In this document: piece after piece, positions 18,072 to 26,239 of the stretch
How positions within the stretch are numbered: position 1 is the first letter of the stretch
How the letters are laid out: the number at the start of each line of letters is the position of its first letter
NCBI GenBank assembly: GCA_012799635.1
Contig: JAAZKW010000010.1
Location: 3,308 to 67,307 of the forward strand
Origin: Mollicutes bacterium
GTDB taxonomy: Bacteria; Bacillota_I; Bacilli_A; RF39; UBA660
Length of the DNA stretch: 64,000 bases
Direction of reading: 5' to 3'
The notes under the pieces: model-generated
Told to the model about the DNA's origin: nothing
The model's input: the letters and a program-made list of their open reading frames with translations, nothing else
The model's database searches: none
Translations under genes and position numbers: made by a program

Positions 18072-20389
18072 TTTAATAATCTCCTTTTATATTCTCCTAC
18101 TTCACTATTGTCATTATAATCATGATTTTTTATTAAACACTCAATAATCTTTTTCCTATTTATATCAAATACTCCTATACTGTCTTTATAATCAATCTTA
18201 CCGTCTTTATTTTTCCATTCATTATCTTTCCAACTATAAGGACTGCTATAGCATAATCCATAAATATAATCAAAGAATAAATGAAAATCAACAGCTGCGA
18301 TATTATCTAAAAACATTTGGTCAATTCGATTAATTCCCGGATATCTAACGATACATATATTATTAACATCTATATCACTATCATATAAGGAATTAATTGC
18401 CAATTGTAATGTTTTCCCAGTTAAAACGTTATCATCAAAAAGGTCTACATTAGAATGCCTAAATACATTAGAATTAATTAGTCCGCCATATTCATTAATA
18501 TTAAATTTTCTTAAATCTATAAGTTGTTTATTTGAATATCCAGAAACTTCTTTATTGAATTTAAGAAGTAAAAGGCTTTCAATTGTATTTTTATCAACTA
18601 TCTTTGCAATTATTGGCAATTCGATTCCACCATAGCTTAAACCACATGCGTTAATATAATCATTAGTATTACCTCTTTTTTCTTTATATAAAGATACTGC
18701 CGTATAATTTTCACCAAAATTATCTATTTCACGATATGCTCTATAGTCTTTTGAATAATCCTTTTTTTCATTGCTTAATTGTTCTATCATAAAATTATCA
18801 TTAATTAATTCTTTTGACTTGCGTACTAAATTACACACTAGATCTTTATTTATTAAAACCTTTTCTTCAAAACATATTTTACTCATTATATCTTCTATTT
18901 CAAATAAGATATTATATATATCATTAAAATCTTTATTTTCTTTTGAAGAAATATCTAATAAAATATTATCGTTTACATTATTTGAAACAAGTTTATGATT
19001 CATTATAACTAATAATACATTCCTACAATTATCTAAAATTCCGAGCAACAATTTTTTGTTAATTAAAGAATTTATTTCCTTAGTATTTAATATAGCCTGC
19101 TCAGCATCATTTAAAAACCGAATGTAATTACGATGCCATTCTAACACATTATTTTTTGTTGTTATATCTCTGCCATTTAAACTTATTCTATTTGCTAGAA
19201 AGTAATAATATGTAGACGACCCCCTAAGAAGATAATTATTATCATCTCTTAACAAATAAATTAAATTACCATCTGCTTGTGAATTCCAAAATTCTTTTAG
19301 AGAATTATTTGATATAAGTTCCCATTCATACATAGGTATCAATATACTTCCGCTTGATTTATCAAACAAACCATCTATTCCATCATCGGTTTCGAAATTC
19401 TTATTTATTATTTCATTATATTTTTTTAATAATTTTTTCCTTCCTAATACAATCTTTTTTTCGGCAATTGCAAAATTCAATTTATAACTTAATATATCAG
19501 CTTTTTCTAAACAAACAGTCGGCAAAATTTTAGAATTATTTATTAGCTCGATTGTTGCAACAACACCTTTTAAAATGTTCCCATTTTCATCAAATATTGG
19601 GAAACAAGAATCTACTGAGCCGCTAGTTTTATCAACACTATAACCTTGTTGACAGTTTAACATTAAATAGTCGTTTCCATGAATGTCTCCGCAATCTCCA
19701 ACTCTCATCATCGAATTTTTAGGAACACCTATTATTTTTTCAACCCTTTCAATGGCCTTATCCTTAGTAGTTGTACCTATTTGAATGATAGTATTATCTT
19801 TATATATTCCCCTAGTTAAATAAATTCCTGCAAGCTTATTAGCAGAAATTATTTTTTCAAGAGCATCATTTACTTCTTTGATAATATTGGCATTTTTAAT
19901 TTTAAAAACTAGTCTAATATTAATAATAGTGTTAGTTTTTAAATCTTTTGAATATGTTATATCAAAATAATTGCTATTAATATTTTTAATTGTAGCATTT
20001 ATTTTCATTAATTGATTTAATTCATCTTTTGTAGTTATATAAGTATCTTGAGATAGAAATTCTTCGTATGAAGCACCATTACTATAAAAAAGTCGTGCCC
20101 CATCATTTGTTAATACATGAATTCTTTTAATATCATTATCTGTTATCCCAATTGAATTAGCAATAAAATCATATATATCATTTTTAAAATCGTTTAGTCC
20201 TGTTTCGCCACGCCCTGTTATAAAAACCACTGGCACTTTTCTCTTTAAAAGCTCAATAATTAATTTAATGGCCCTGTTATCTATTTTTTTTGATTTTTCT
20301 TCTGTTAAGGTCCCATTAATATCAAAACAAACGGCATTATACTTTTGTTCAAGTGATTTTTTAAAATTATAATATAGTTCATTTTTCAT
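18068..20389 (-). CDS. Multidomain protein: N-terminal Cof-type HAD-IIB domain, unassigned central region, C-terminal type I phosphoribosyltransferase-like domain
   Basis: 773 aa. HAD motif I is FDINGTLT (Asn at the D+2 position). Motif II is VVFITGRGETG and motif IV is VGDCGDIHGNDYLML. A PRPP-loop-like sequence, VDLFDDNVLTGKTLQLA, lies near aa 650. Confidence 0.65.
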   Translation of the reverse strand: MKNELYYNFKKSLEQKYNAVCFDINGTLTEEKSKKIDNRAIKLIIELLKRKVPVVFITGRGETGLNDFKNDIYDFIANSIGITDNDIKRIHVLTNDGARLFYSNGASYEEFLSQDTYITTKDELNQLMKINATIKNINSNYFDITYSKDLKTNTIINIRLVFKIKNANIIKEVNDALEKIISANKLAGIYLTRGIYKDNTIIQIGTTTKDKAIERVEKIIGVPKNSMMRVGDCGDIHGNDYLMLNCQQGYSVDKTSGSVDSCFPIFDENGNILKGVVATIELINNSKILPTVCLEKADILSYKLNFAIAEKKIVLGRKKLLKKYNEIINKNFETDDGIDGLFDKSSGSILIPMYEWELISNNSLKEFWNSQADGNLIYLLRDDNNYLLRGSSTYYYFLANRISLNGRDITTKNNVLEWHRNYIRFLNDAEQAILNTKEINSLINKKLLLGILDNCRNVLLVIMNHKLVSNNVNDNILLDISSKENKDFNDIYNILFEIEDIMSKICFEEKVLINKDLVCNLVRKSKELINDNFMIEQLSNEKKDYSKDYRAYREIDNFGENYTAVSLYKEKRGNTNDYINACGLSYGGIELPIIAKIVDKNTIESLLLLKFNKEVSGYSNKQLIDLRKFNINEYGGLINSNVFRHSNVDLFDDNVLTGKTLQLAINSLYDSDIDVNNICIVRYPGINRIDQMFLDNIAAVDFHLFFDYIYGLCYSSPYSWKDNEWKNKDGKIDYKDSIGVFDINRKKIIECLIKNHDYNDNSEVGEYKRRLLK

Positions 20390-20396
20390 ATTTTAG

Positions 20397-20913
20397 TCAC
20401 CTCCTTAACAAAAATTCTAAACTTTTAACCTTTCCATCTGTATCATTTGAAAGGTTTTTATCAAAAAGTAATCCATTTCCACCATTTTCATTCCATAATC
20501 TAACATTTTTCTTCAAATCGTCAATTAAAATTTGTCCATTTGGTATAACAACGTTATGTTTTTTTATACCTGGTGGAACAAAAATTACGGGGCAATAAAT
20601 TTTTCTATGTTCTCTTAAATATTCTATTTTAACTTTCATCTCATTTAAAGTATGTATTTTAGTTAAGATAGCAATTTTCTTTTTTAAGGATTCAAGCTCT
20701 CTAATTATTTCAACTGAATTATTTATTGAACTAGCTTCTCTTATTATATAATCCCATTCTTCTTGGTGAATATTAGTATAATCAAAATAATCATCAAATT
20801 CTTTTTTCATCTTTATGATTATGAAAACCAGCATTATATTTTCTTTCTAACATTCTTTCCTCAGAATCAAGTATAACCCCATCAAAATCAATATAAACAA
20901 AATCATCCATCAT
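20397..20913 (-). CDS. HAD-superfamily 5'(3')-deoxyribonucleotidase-like protein (NT5C family), interrupted by a frame change at an A6 tract
   Basis: ATGATG at 20908-20913 follows GGAGG and encodes MMDDFVYIDFDGVILDSE (DxDxV motif I), then stops at 20794-20796. The +1 frame (track ORF 20397-20834) carries the rest (...ILIDDLKKNVRLWNENGGNGLLF). The frames meet at GAAAAAAG (20802-20807 on the plus strand as T6). Confidence 0.6.
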
Positions 20914-20935
20914 ATCAATCCTCCGCCTCGGAAAT

Positions 20936-20944
20936 ATTATAACA
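20936..20944 (-). promoter_or_regulatory. Extended -10 element (TGTTATAAT) for the island operon
   Basis: The reverse complement of attataaca reads TGtTATAAT. It lies about 23 nt upstream of the GGAGG-ATG of the first island gene. No good -35 element was seen. Confidence 0.45.
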
Positions 20945-21111
20945 CACTCTTTTGAGATATTTGGTTTTTTATTTTATTTATATATCAACCCCATTCTTTT
21001 TTTATCAATACATATTGCTTTGCATAAGCATCTTTAATATTAATATGAATTGGCTACTTATTTTAATGATTTATTTCTTATTATAAGAACCCCATAAAGC
21101 GATACCACATT

Positions 21112-21178
21112 TATACCAAATAAAAATGTCTTAAATTATAAGACATTTATACTCACATGGCGTCCTTGAAAGGATTTG
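21112..21178. repeat. Right direct repeat of the tRNA-Arg island: terminator hairpin plus the genuine tRNA-Arg 3' end
   Basis: 67 nt, matching 13971-14038 (see the left repeat). The last 21 nt are part of the intact tRNA. Confidence 0.85.
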
Positions 21179-21234
21179 AACCTTCGACCTTCCCCTTAGG
21201 AGGGGGATGCTCTATCCAGCTGAGCTACAAGGAC
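21158..21234 (-). tRNA. tRNA-Arg (anticodon CCT)
   Basis: The reverse complement is GTCCTTGTAGCTCAGCTGGATAGAGCATCCCCCTCCTAAGGGGAAGGTCGAAGGTTCAAATCCTTTCAAGGACGCCA. It folds as a cloverleaf with anticodon loop CUCCUAA and an encoded CCA. Confidence 0.9.
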
Positions 21235-21246
21235 AGAAAATAGTAA

Positions 21247-22350
21247 TTATCTTAAATACCAAAGATTATTACCATCTTTTGATACACTATCTATAAAACC
21301 ACAGCCTATACATTCATCTTTATAATATAAGACACATGCTTGACCTGGGGTAACACTTTTAACATTTTCATAATTAACTTTTATTTTATTATTATCTAAA
21401 TATTCTATTTGGACAGGATATTCTTTACCTTGATGTCTAAATTTAGCAGTTAAATCTTGATATTTATCATCAGTTAACAAATTAACATTATCTATTATAC
21501 AACTATCTGAATATAAATACTTAGAATCACCATAAGCAATATATAAAATATTTTTACTGATGTCCTTACCACAAACATAATGTCTTTCCTTATTACCTGA
21601 TAGACCTACATTTCTTCTTTGACCTATTGTATAATTCATTAAACCATTATGTTTACCAATAACTTTTTTAGTTTCTACATCTACTATATCACCAGGATTT
21701 GGTTTTAAATAATTTTTAATAAATTCTTGATAATTTCTTTCTCCAATAAAGCAAATACCGGTAGAATCTTTTTTATCAGATACAGTTATCTTAGCTTCTT
21801 TTGCAATCTTTCTAACTTCTTTTTTAGTATAATCTCCTAAAGGAAATAAGACATTATCAAAACTTCCCTTATTAACATCTGCTAAAAAGTAAGTTTGGTC
21901 TTTATTAACATCTTTTGCTTTAAATAATCTTCCATTTTTACTTTTTGCATAATGACCTGTAGCAACAAAATCTGCTCCTAATTTTTTTGCTTCTTTAAGA
22001 AATAAATCAAATTTAATATATTTATTACATAACATATCAGGATTAGGGGTTCTTCCTTTTTTAAGTTCCTCTAAAAAATAAGTGAAAACATAATCCCAAT
22101 ATTCTTTAATAAAATCTACTCGATACAAAGGAATATTTAAATCTTCACAAACTTTTTTAGCATCATTATAATCTTTTTCTTGGGGACATATGTCATCAAA
22201 ATCATTTGGGTTACCTAAAATGTCATTATTGATATTACTATCCCAATTACGCATAAATAAAGCTATAACATCATAGCCTTCTTTTATTAATAGATATGCA
22301 GCAACGGCACTATCTACTCCACCGCTCATTCCAACAACAACTTTTTTCAT
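21247..22350 (-). CDS. mnmA: tRNA-specific 2-thiouridylase
   Basis: 367 aa with the PP-loop VGMSGGVDSAVAA and a typical MnmA length. Confidence 0.9.
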   Translation of the reverse strand: MKKVVVGMSGGVDSAVAAYLLIKEGYDVIALFMRNWDSNINNDILGNPNDFDDICPQEKDYNDAKKVCEDLNIPLYRVDFIKEYWDYVFTYFLEELKKGRTPNPDMLCNKYIKFDLFLKEAKKLGADFVATGHYAKSKNGRLFKAKDVNKDQTYFLADVNKGSFDNVLFPLGDYTKKEVRKIAKEAKITVSDKKDSTGICFIGERNYQEFIKNYLKPNPGDIVDVETKKVIGKHNGLMNYTIGQRRNVGLSGNKERHYVCGKDISKNILYIAYGDSKYLYSDSCIIDNVNLLTDDKYQDLTAKFRHQGKEYPVQIEYLDNNKIKVNYENVKSVTPGQACVLYYKDECIGCGFIDSVSKDGNNLWYLR

Positions 22351-22444
22351 ATAACCACATCCCTATTATATTAATTATTAATAAAAAAGTAAATACTAGC
22401 AAAAGAAAACAAGTTGTGATATATTCTATAATAAGGATGTATAT

Positions 22445-23509
22445 ATGATATTAAATTATATGAAAGAAATAAATAATATAATCACGAAGGCGCAAAATTT
22501 TTCAATTACCTTAATTGATAAAATTATAACATTTGTAAATGATGATAACTTATTTTGTTGCATGTTTAGTTTATTTTGTGCTATTAATAGTGTTATTATT
22601 ATATATTGGTTTGTAATATATTTTTCAGAATATAGAAAAGAGTTAAAAGAACCTCTTTTGAAGGATATTCCAGAAGAAGCTACTCCCGAAGAAGTAGAAT
22701 TTCTTTTTACAAAAAAGATTTCTGTTAAAAGCATTTTAGCTACAATTTTAAGTATTATAAATAAAAAAGGACTGTTAATAAATAAAGGATTAGAACTTGG
22801 TAGCAAAAAAGAAGATATAACGATTGCTGTTAATGATAACAATTTAAAAGACAAATTAACAGAAAAAGAAATAACTCTACGAGATGAAATTGTTAAAATT
22901 CTTGGAAAAGATAATGTTATATCAATTAATAGTTTAAATAAAATAAAATCGGACAAAACAAAATGTCAAAAGTTAACAACCCATTATTATATATGGCATG
23001 ATAAAGCGCTTCATGATTTAACTTTAAAAAACATTTTTGATAAAAATAAAAGAGAAATTCTTTTTAGTTTTATATATCTTCTTATTGGTGTTATATTTAT
23101 TGCTTTTTATTACAACTTTAGCCATAAAGTATTATGGTTATTACCAAGTTTTATTGCAATTATTATTTGTTCTTTTATTCCTAGAAGATCTAAAAAATAT
23201 ACCGATATATATTATAAATGGTTATCTTTCAGAAGATATTTATTTTCTTTGAAAAACCTTCCTTTTGAGAAACTTCCAAAGCAAAGTGATTTAAGTAAAT
23301 TTTTAGTTTATGTTTATCCTCTTGGATGTCACGATTATATGTATAATATGATAGCCAAAAAAGAACCGAACCATATTAATATGAAAGATACTAATAATAG
23401 TGATATGTTTGATTTGTTTAATAACAAAAGAAAAGTACTATTAGCTATATGGACCACTTACTTAGTTGCCCTAGAAACAAAAAGCGTTCAAGAACAAAAA
23501 AAATATTAG
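22445..23509 (+). CDS. Hypothetical integral membrane protein
   Basis: 354 aa with one N-terminal and several C-terminal hydrophobic segments. No catalytic motif was recognised. Confidence 0.6.
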   Translation: MILNYMKEINNIITKAQNFSITLIDKIITFVNDDNLFCCMFSLFCAINSVIIIYWFVIYFSEYRKELKEPLLKDIPEEATPEEVEFLFTKKISVKSILATILSIINKKGLLINKGLELGSKKEDITIAVNDNNLKDKLTEKEITLRDEIVKILGKDNVISINSLNKIKSDKTKCQKLTTHYYIWHDKALHDLTLKNIFDKNKREILFSFIYLLIGVIFIAFYYNFSHKVLWLLPSFIAIIICSFIPRRSKKYTDIYYKWLSFRRYLFSLKNLPFEKLPKQSDLSKFLVYVYPLGCHDYMYNMIAKKEPNHINMKDTNNSDMFDLFNNKRKVLLAIWTTYLVALETKSVQEQKKY

Positions 23510-23523
23510 AATTGCTAATATTT

Positions 23524-23982
23524 TTATTTGTCTGTAGATCCAAAGCCACCTAGACGTTCTCCTTCAGCATTATCATCATCTGTTATCAAATATTTTTGAA
23601 AAATCGCCTGGCCTATACGTTCTCCTTTTTTTATTAGAATATCTTCATCTTTAATATTAATAAAATTATAACTCATAGCGCCATCATTAGTTGGATTACC
23701 ATAATAGTCGGCATCAATAATACCAATACCATTAATCATAACTAAGCCTCTTTTCGTTGGATTGCTACTACGATTACATAAAAGTAGTAGTTCATCTTCT
23801 TGTAAAAACACTTTTATTCCTGTTGGTACAAGGGTTGGCTTTCCTACTTTATGAAATGGTTTAATAATAACATCTTCAGCGGCCTCAAGGTCATAGCCTG
23901 CAGCATGTTTTGTTGTTCTTCTTGGAAGATTAATATTTTTATCTTCAAAACCTTTAGCTACTTCAAAAAATCTTGTTCTCAA
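23524..23982 (-). CDS. dut: dUTP diphosphatase
   Basis: 152 aa with trimeric dUTPase motifs (AAGYDL, NGIGIIDADYYG, C-terminal GGFGSTD). Confidence 0.85.
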   Translation of the reverse strand: MRTRFFEVAKGFEDKNINLPRRTTKHAAGYDLEAAEDVIIKPFHKVGKPTLVPTGIKVFLQEDELLLLCNRSSNPTKRGLVMINGIGIIDADYYGNPTNDGAMSYNFINIKDEDILIKKGERIGQAIFQKYLITDDDNAEGERLGGFGSTDK

Positions 23983-24034
23983 TTAAATATCTCCTTTATA
24001 CAAACTTTTTTTATAATCAAAGCTTTTATATTAA

Positions 24035-24601
24035 TTATTCTTTTATATCTTTATTTTTACTATATTGACAACCACAATAATCTTGTCTATACAAATTATA
24101 TTTTTTAGAATACTCTATTGACTTTTTATAACCATCTTCTTTTTTAAAATCACTATTCAAATATTTAATATTATACTTGTTCTCTAATTCTTTACCAATT
24201 TTATTAATTAAATTAGAATCTTTATAAGGACTCACAGTTAAAGTTGTAGTAAAATAATCAAAAGCTTTTTCTTTTCCAACTATAGCTGTTTTTTCAAGTC
24301 TTAATCCATAACATATATGACACCTTTTGCCTCCTTCTTTTTCATGTTCAAAACCTTTAACACTTTTTTCATACTCATTATTATCATAATCACAATCTAA
24401 GAAATCTAATTTATTAATAGCACTGTATTCTTCAATAAATCTAATTTGTTCCTTTTTCCTTTTAAAATATTCTTCTTTAGGTTCTATATTAGGATTATAA
24501 TAAAAAACAGTAATATTAAAATACTTTGTTAATCTTGCTATTACCTCTGTTGAACAAGGAGCACAACAAGAATGCAAAAGTAAATTATATCTTTTTTCCA
24601 T
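24035..24601 (-). CDS. queH: Epoxyqueuosine reductase QueH (DUF208)
   Basis: 188 aa with the N-terminal LLHSCCAPCS cysteine cluster and C-terminal YCGC, typical of QueH. Confidence 0.8.
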   Translation of the reverse strand: MEKRYNLLLHSCCAPCSTEVIARLTKYFNITVFYYNPNIEPKEEYFKRKKEQIRFIEEYSAINKLDFLDCDYDNNEYEKSVKGFEHEKEGGKRCHICYGLRLEKTAIVGKEKAFDYFTTTLTVSPYKDSNLINKIGKELENKYNIKYLNSDFKKEDGYKKSIEYSKKYNLYRQDYCGCQYSKNKDIKE

Positions 24602-24659
24602 TCAATTGATCTATAGTCTTTTTCATTATATTATTATAATTAATATTCATTTTTAACCT

Positions 24660-25364
24660 TTAATTATACTTTTCAAAAATAAAATTATCGTCGGTACTAT
24701 CTAAATATAAAATACCCTTTTCTGATAATCCGAAATATATTTGTTTATATTTATTTAATTTATACATATTAACATTATTAATAACGATTTTATTACCATC
24801 ATTGGTTTTTAATATAAATCTTTCATCATCGACAACTAGCTCATTATAAATATTTGGACTATATTCGATCTCACTAATCATCTTTAAAACATCATCATCA
24901 ACATCACATAAACCTTTAATAAGGTTCTTATAACTTTCTTTTGGAACATCATTAATTAAAATTGGATAACCAACATATTGTTCCAAACCCTTTATTTCTT
25001 TTCCTGAAGATAATACCGTTTTATTAGTATTATTATTAAAAAACAATATTCGATATTCTGTTACATCAATTATTACTTTACCAAATAACTTTTTACTTAT
25101 TTTTACAGTATCAATTAAATCTAATGATTTAATTTTCTTTTTTATTGAATAACCAGTGGTCTTAATAAAAGAAGATTTACTATCTATTTTAGATGCCATT
25201 ATAATATCATTTTCAGTAAGTAAATTATTTCCTTTTATTGTAATACTTTTTATAGGCATTTTAAATAAATATAAAATTAAAGCAGTAAATATATATATAA
25301 TTAATAACAAAGTGAATAATGCTTTAAATCTAAATTTTCTTTTTTTACGTCTTTTTTTATTCAT
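24660..25364 (-). CDS. divIB: Cell division protein DivIB/FtsQ
   Basis: 234 aa with a basic N-terminus, a single TM segment and a POTRA-like region. It lies immediately downstream of murB and murG. Confidence 0.7.
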   Translation of the reverse strand: MNKKRRKKRKFRFKALFTLLLIIYIFTALILYLFKMPIKSITIKGNNLLTENDIIMASKIDSKSSFIKTTGYSIKKKIKSLDLIDTVKISKKLFGKVIIDVTEYRILFFNNNTNKTVLSSGKEIKGLEQYVGYPILINDVPKESYKNLIKGLCDVDDDVLKMISEIEYSPNIYNELVVDDERFILKTNDGNKIVINNVNMYKLNKYKQIYFGLSEKGILYLDSTDDNFIFEKYN

Positions 25365-26239
25365 AGCTCATCCCATCTTAATATGGTAGGTTCAACCACT
25401 AAAGATATTTCATACTTATCCTTGACTTTCTTTTTAATTATATTAATTAACTCAATAACATCTTTAAAGGAAGCATCTTTTTCATTGACAATAAAGTTGG
25501 CGTGTTTAGAAGATACTAATGCTCCTCCTACAGTTTTTCCTCTCATACCGATTTTATCTATTAGAACCCATGCAGGATGTTCTTCAGGATTTCTAAAAAT
25601 ACTTCCTACACTAAATTTATCAAGAGGCTGAGCATTAATTCGTTTATTGTTTTGCTCTTTTAACCATTCTTTTGTTTTTAAAACATCTCCTTTTTTTAAA
25701 ATAAAAGTTGTTTCTAAAACGATATATTTATCTTTTAATGTTGTGTATCTATAACCATAAGATATTTCATTTTTATCTAGAATCTTAATATTTCCTGCTT
25801 TATCAAGCACTTTAACCTTCTTTACATAATTTATTATCTCATCACCATAACAACCTGCATTAACTACTACAGCTCCTCCTATCGTTCCAGGAATCATACT
25901 TAAGAAAGCTAAGTTTGTATAGCCATATTTAAAATTATCATTAACAAAATTAGAAAGTATTACTCCAGATCCTACAGTTACTAAATTATCTTGATACTTA
26001 ATATCTTTAAAATAATCAAGTTTAATAATTACTCCATTAAAAAAGTTATCATCAATTATTAAACCAGAACCGTTACCAATAATATAATATTTTGTTTTAT
26101 TCTTGTTTAAATATTTAATTAATTTGGAAAGTTTTTCTTCACTATAAGGTTTAACTAAATACTTAGTTATTCCTCCTATTTTAAATGTACTATAGTCTTT
26201 TAAACTAACATTTTCTAATACTTTACCAAACTCATTCAT
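25361..26239 (-). CDS. murB: UDP-N-acetylenolpyruvoylglucosamine reductase
   Basis: 292 aa with an FAD-binding N-terminal pattern (YSTFKIGG) and SVGSIFRNP. It lies in dcw context. Confidence 0.9.
   Translation of the reverse strand: MNEFGKVLENVSLKDYSTFKIGGITKYLVKPYSEEKLSKLIKYLNKNKTKYYIIGNGSGLIIDDNFFNGVIIKLDYFKDIKYQDNLVTVGSGVILSNFVNDNFKYGYTNLAFLSMIPGTIGGAVVVNAGCYGDEIINYVKKVKVLDKAGNIKILDKNEISYGYRYTTLKDKYIVLETTFILKKGDVLKTKEWLKEQNNKRINAQPLDKFSVGSIFRNPEEHPAWVLIDKIGMRGKTVGGALVSSKHANFIVNEKDASFKDVIELINIIKKKVKDKYEISLVVEPTILRWDEL

Larger units (their letters stand above)
14039..21111. mobile_element. tRNA-Arg(CCT)-associated genomic island remnant with no recombinase gene
   Basis: The segment is bounded by the 67/68-nt direct repeats. 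The right repeat is continuous with the intact tRNA. The interior holds a single 5-gene operon with its own promoter. Confidence 0.55.

Noticed and set aside
14039-21111. Search for an integrase, transposase, relaxase or inverted terminal repeats inside the tRNA-Arg island
   Set aside because: No ORF on either strand shows recombinase-like features. The only non-coding stretches (14039-14105, 16062-16249, 20914-21111) are too short to hide one. The island is therefore reported as recombinase-less rather than as an intact mobile element.
23037-23252. 71-aa ORF in an alternative frame within the 354-aa membrane protein gene
   Set aside because: It lies on the same strand, nested in a longer ORF that has a proper upstream region, so it is probably a frame artefact of T-rich codons.
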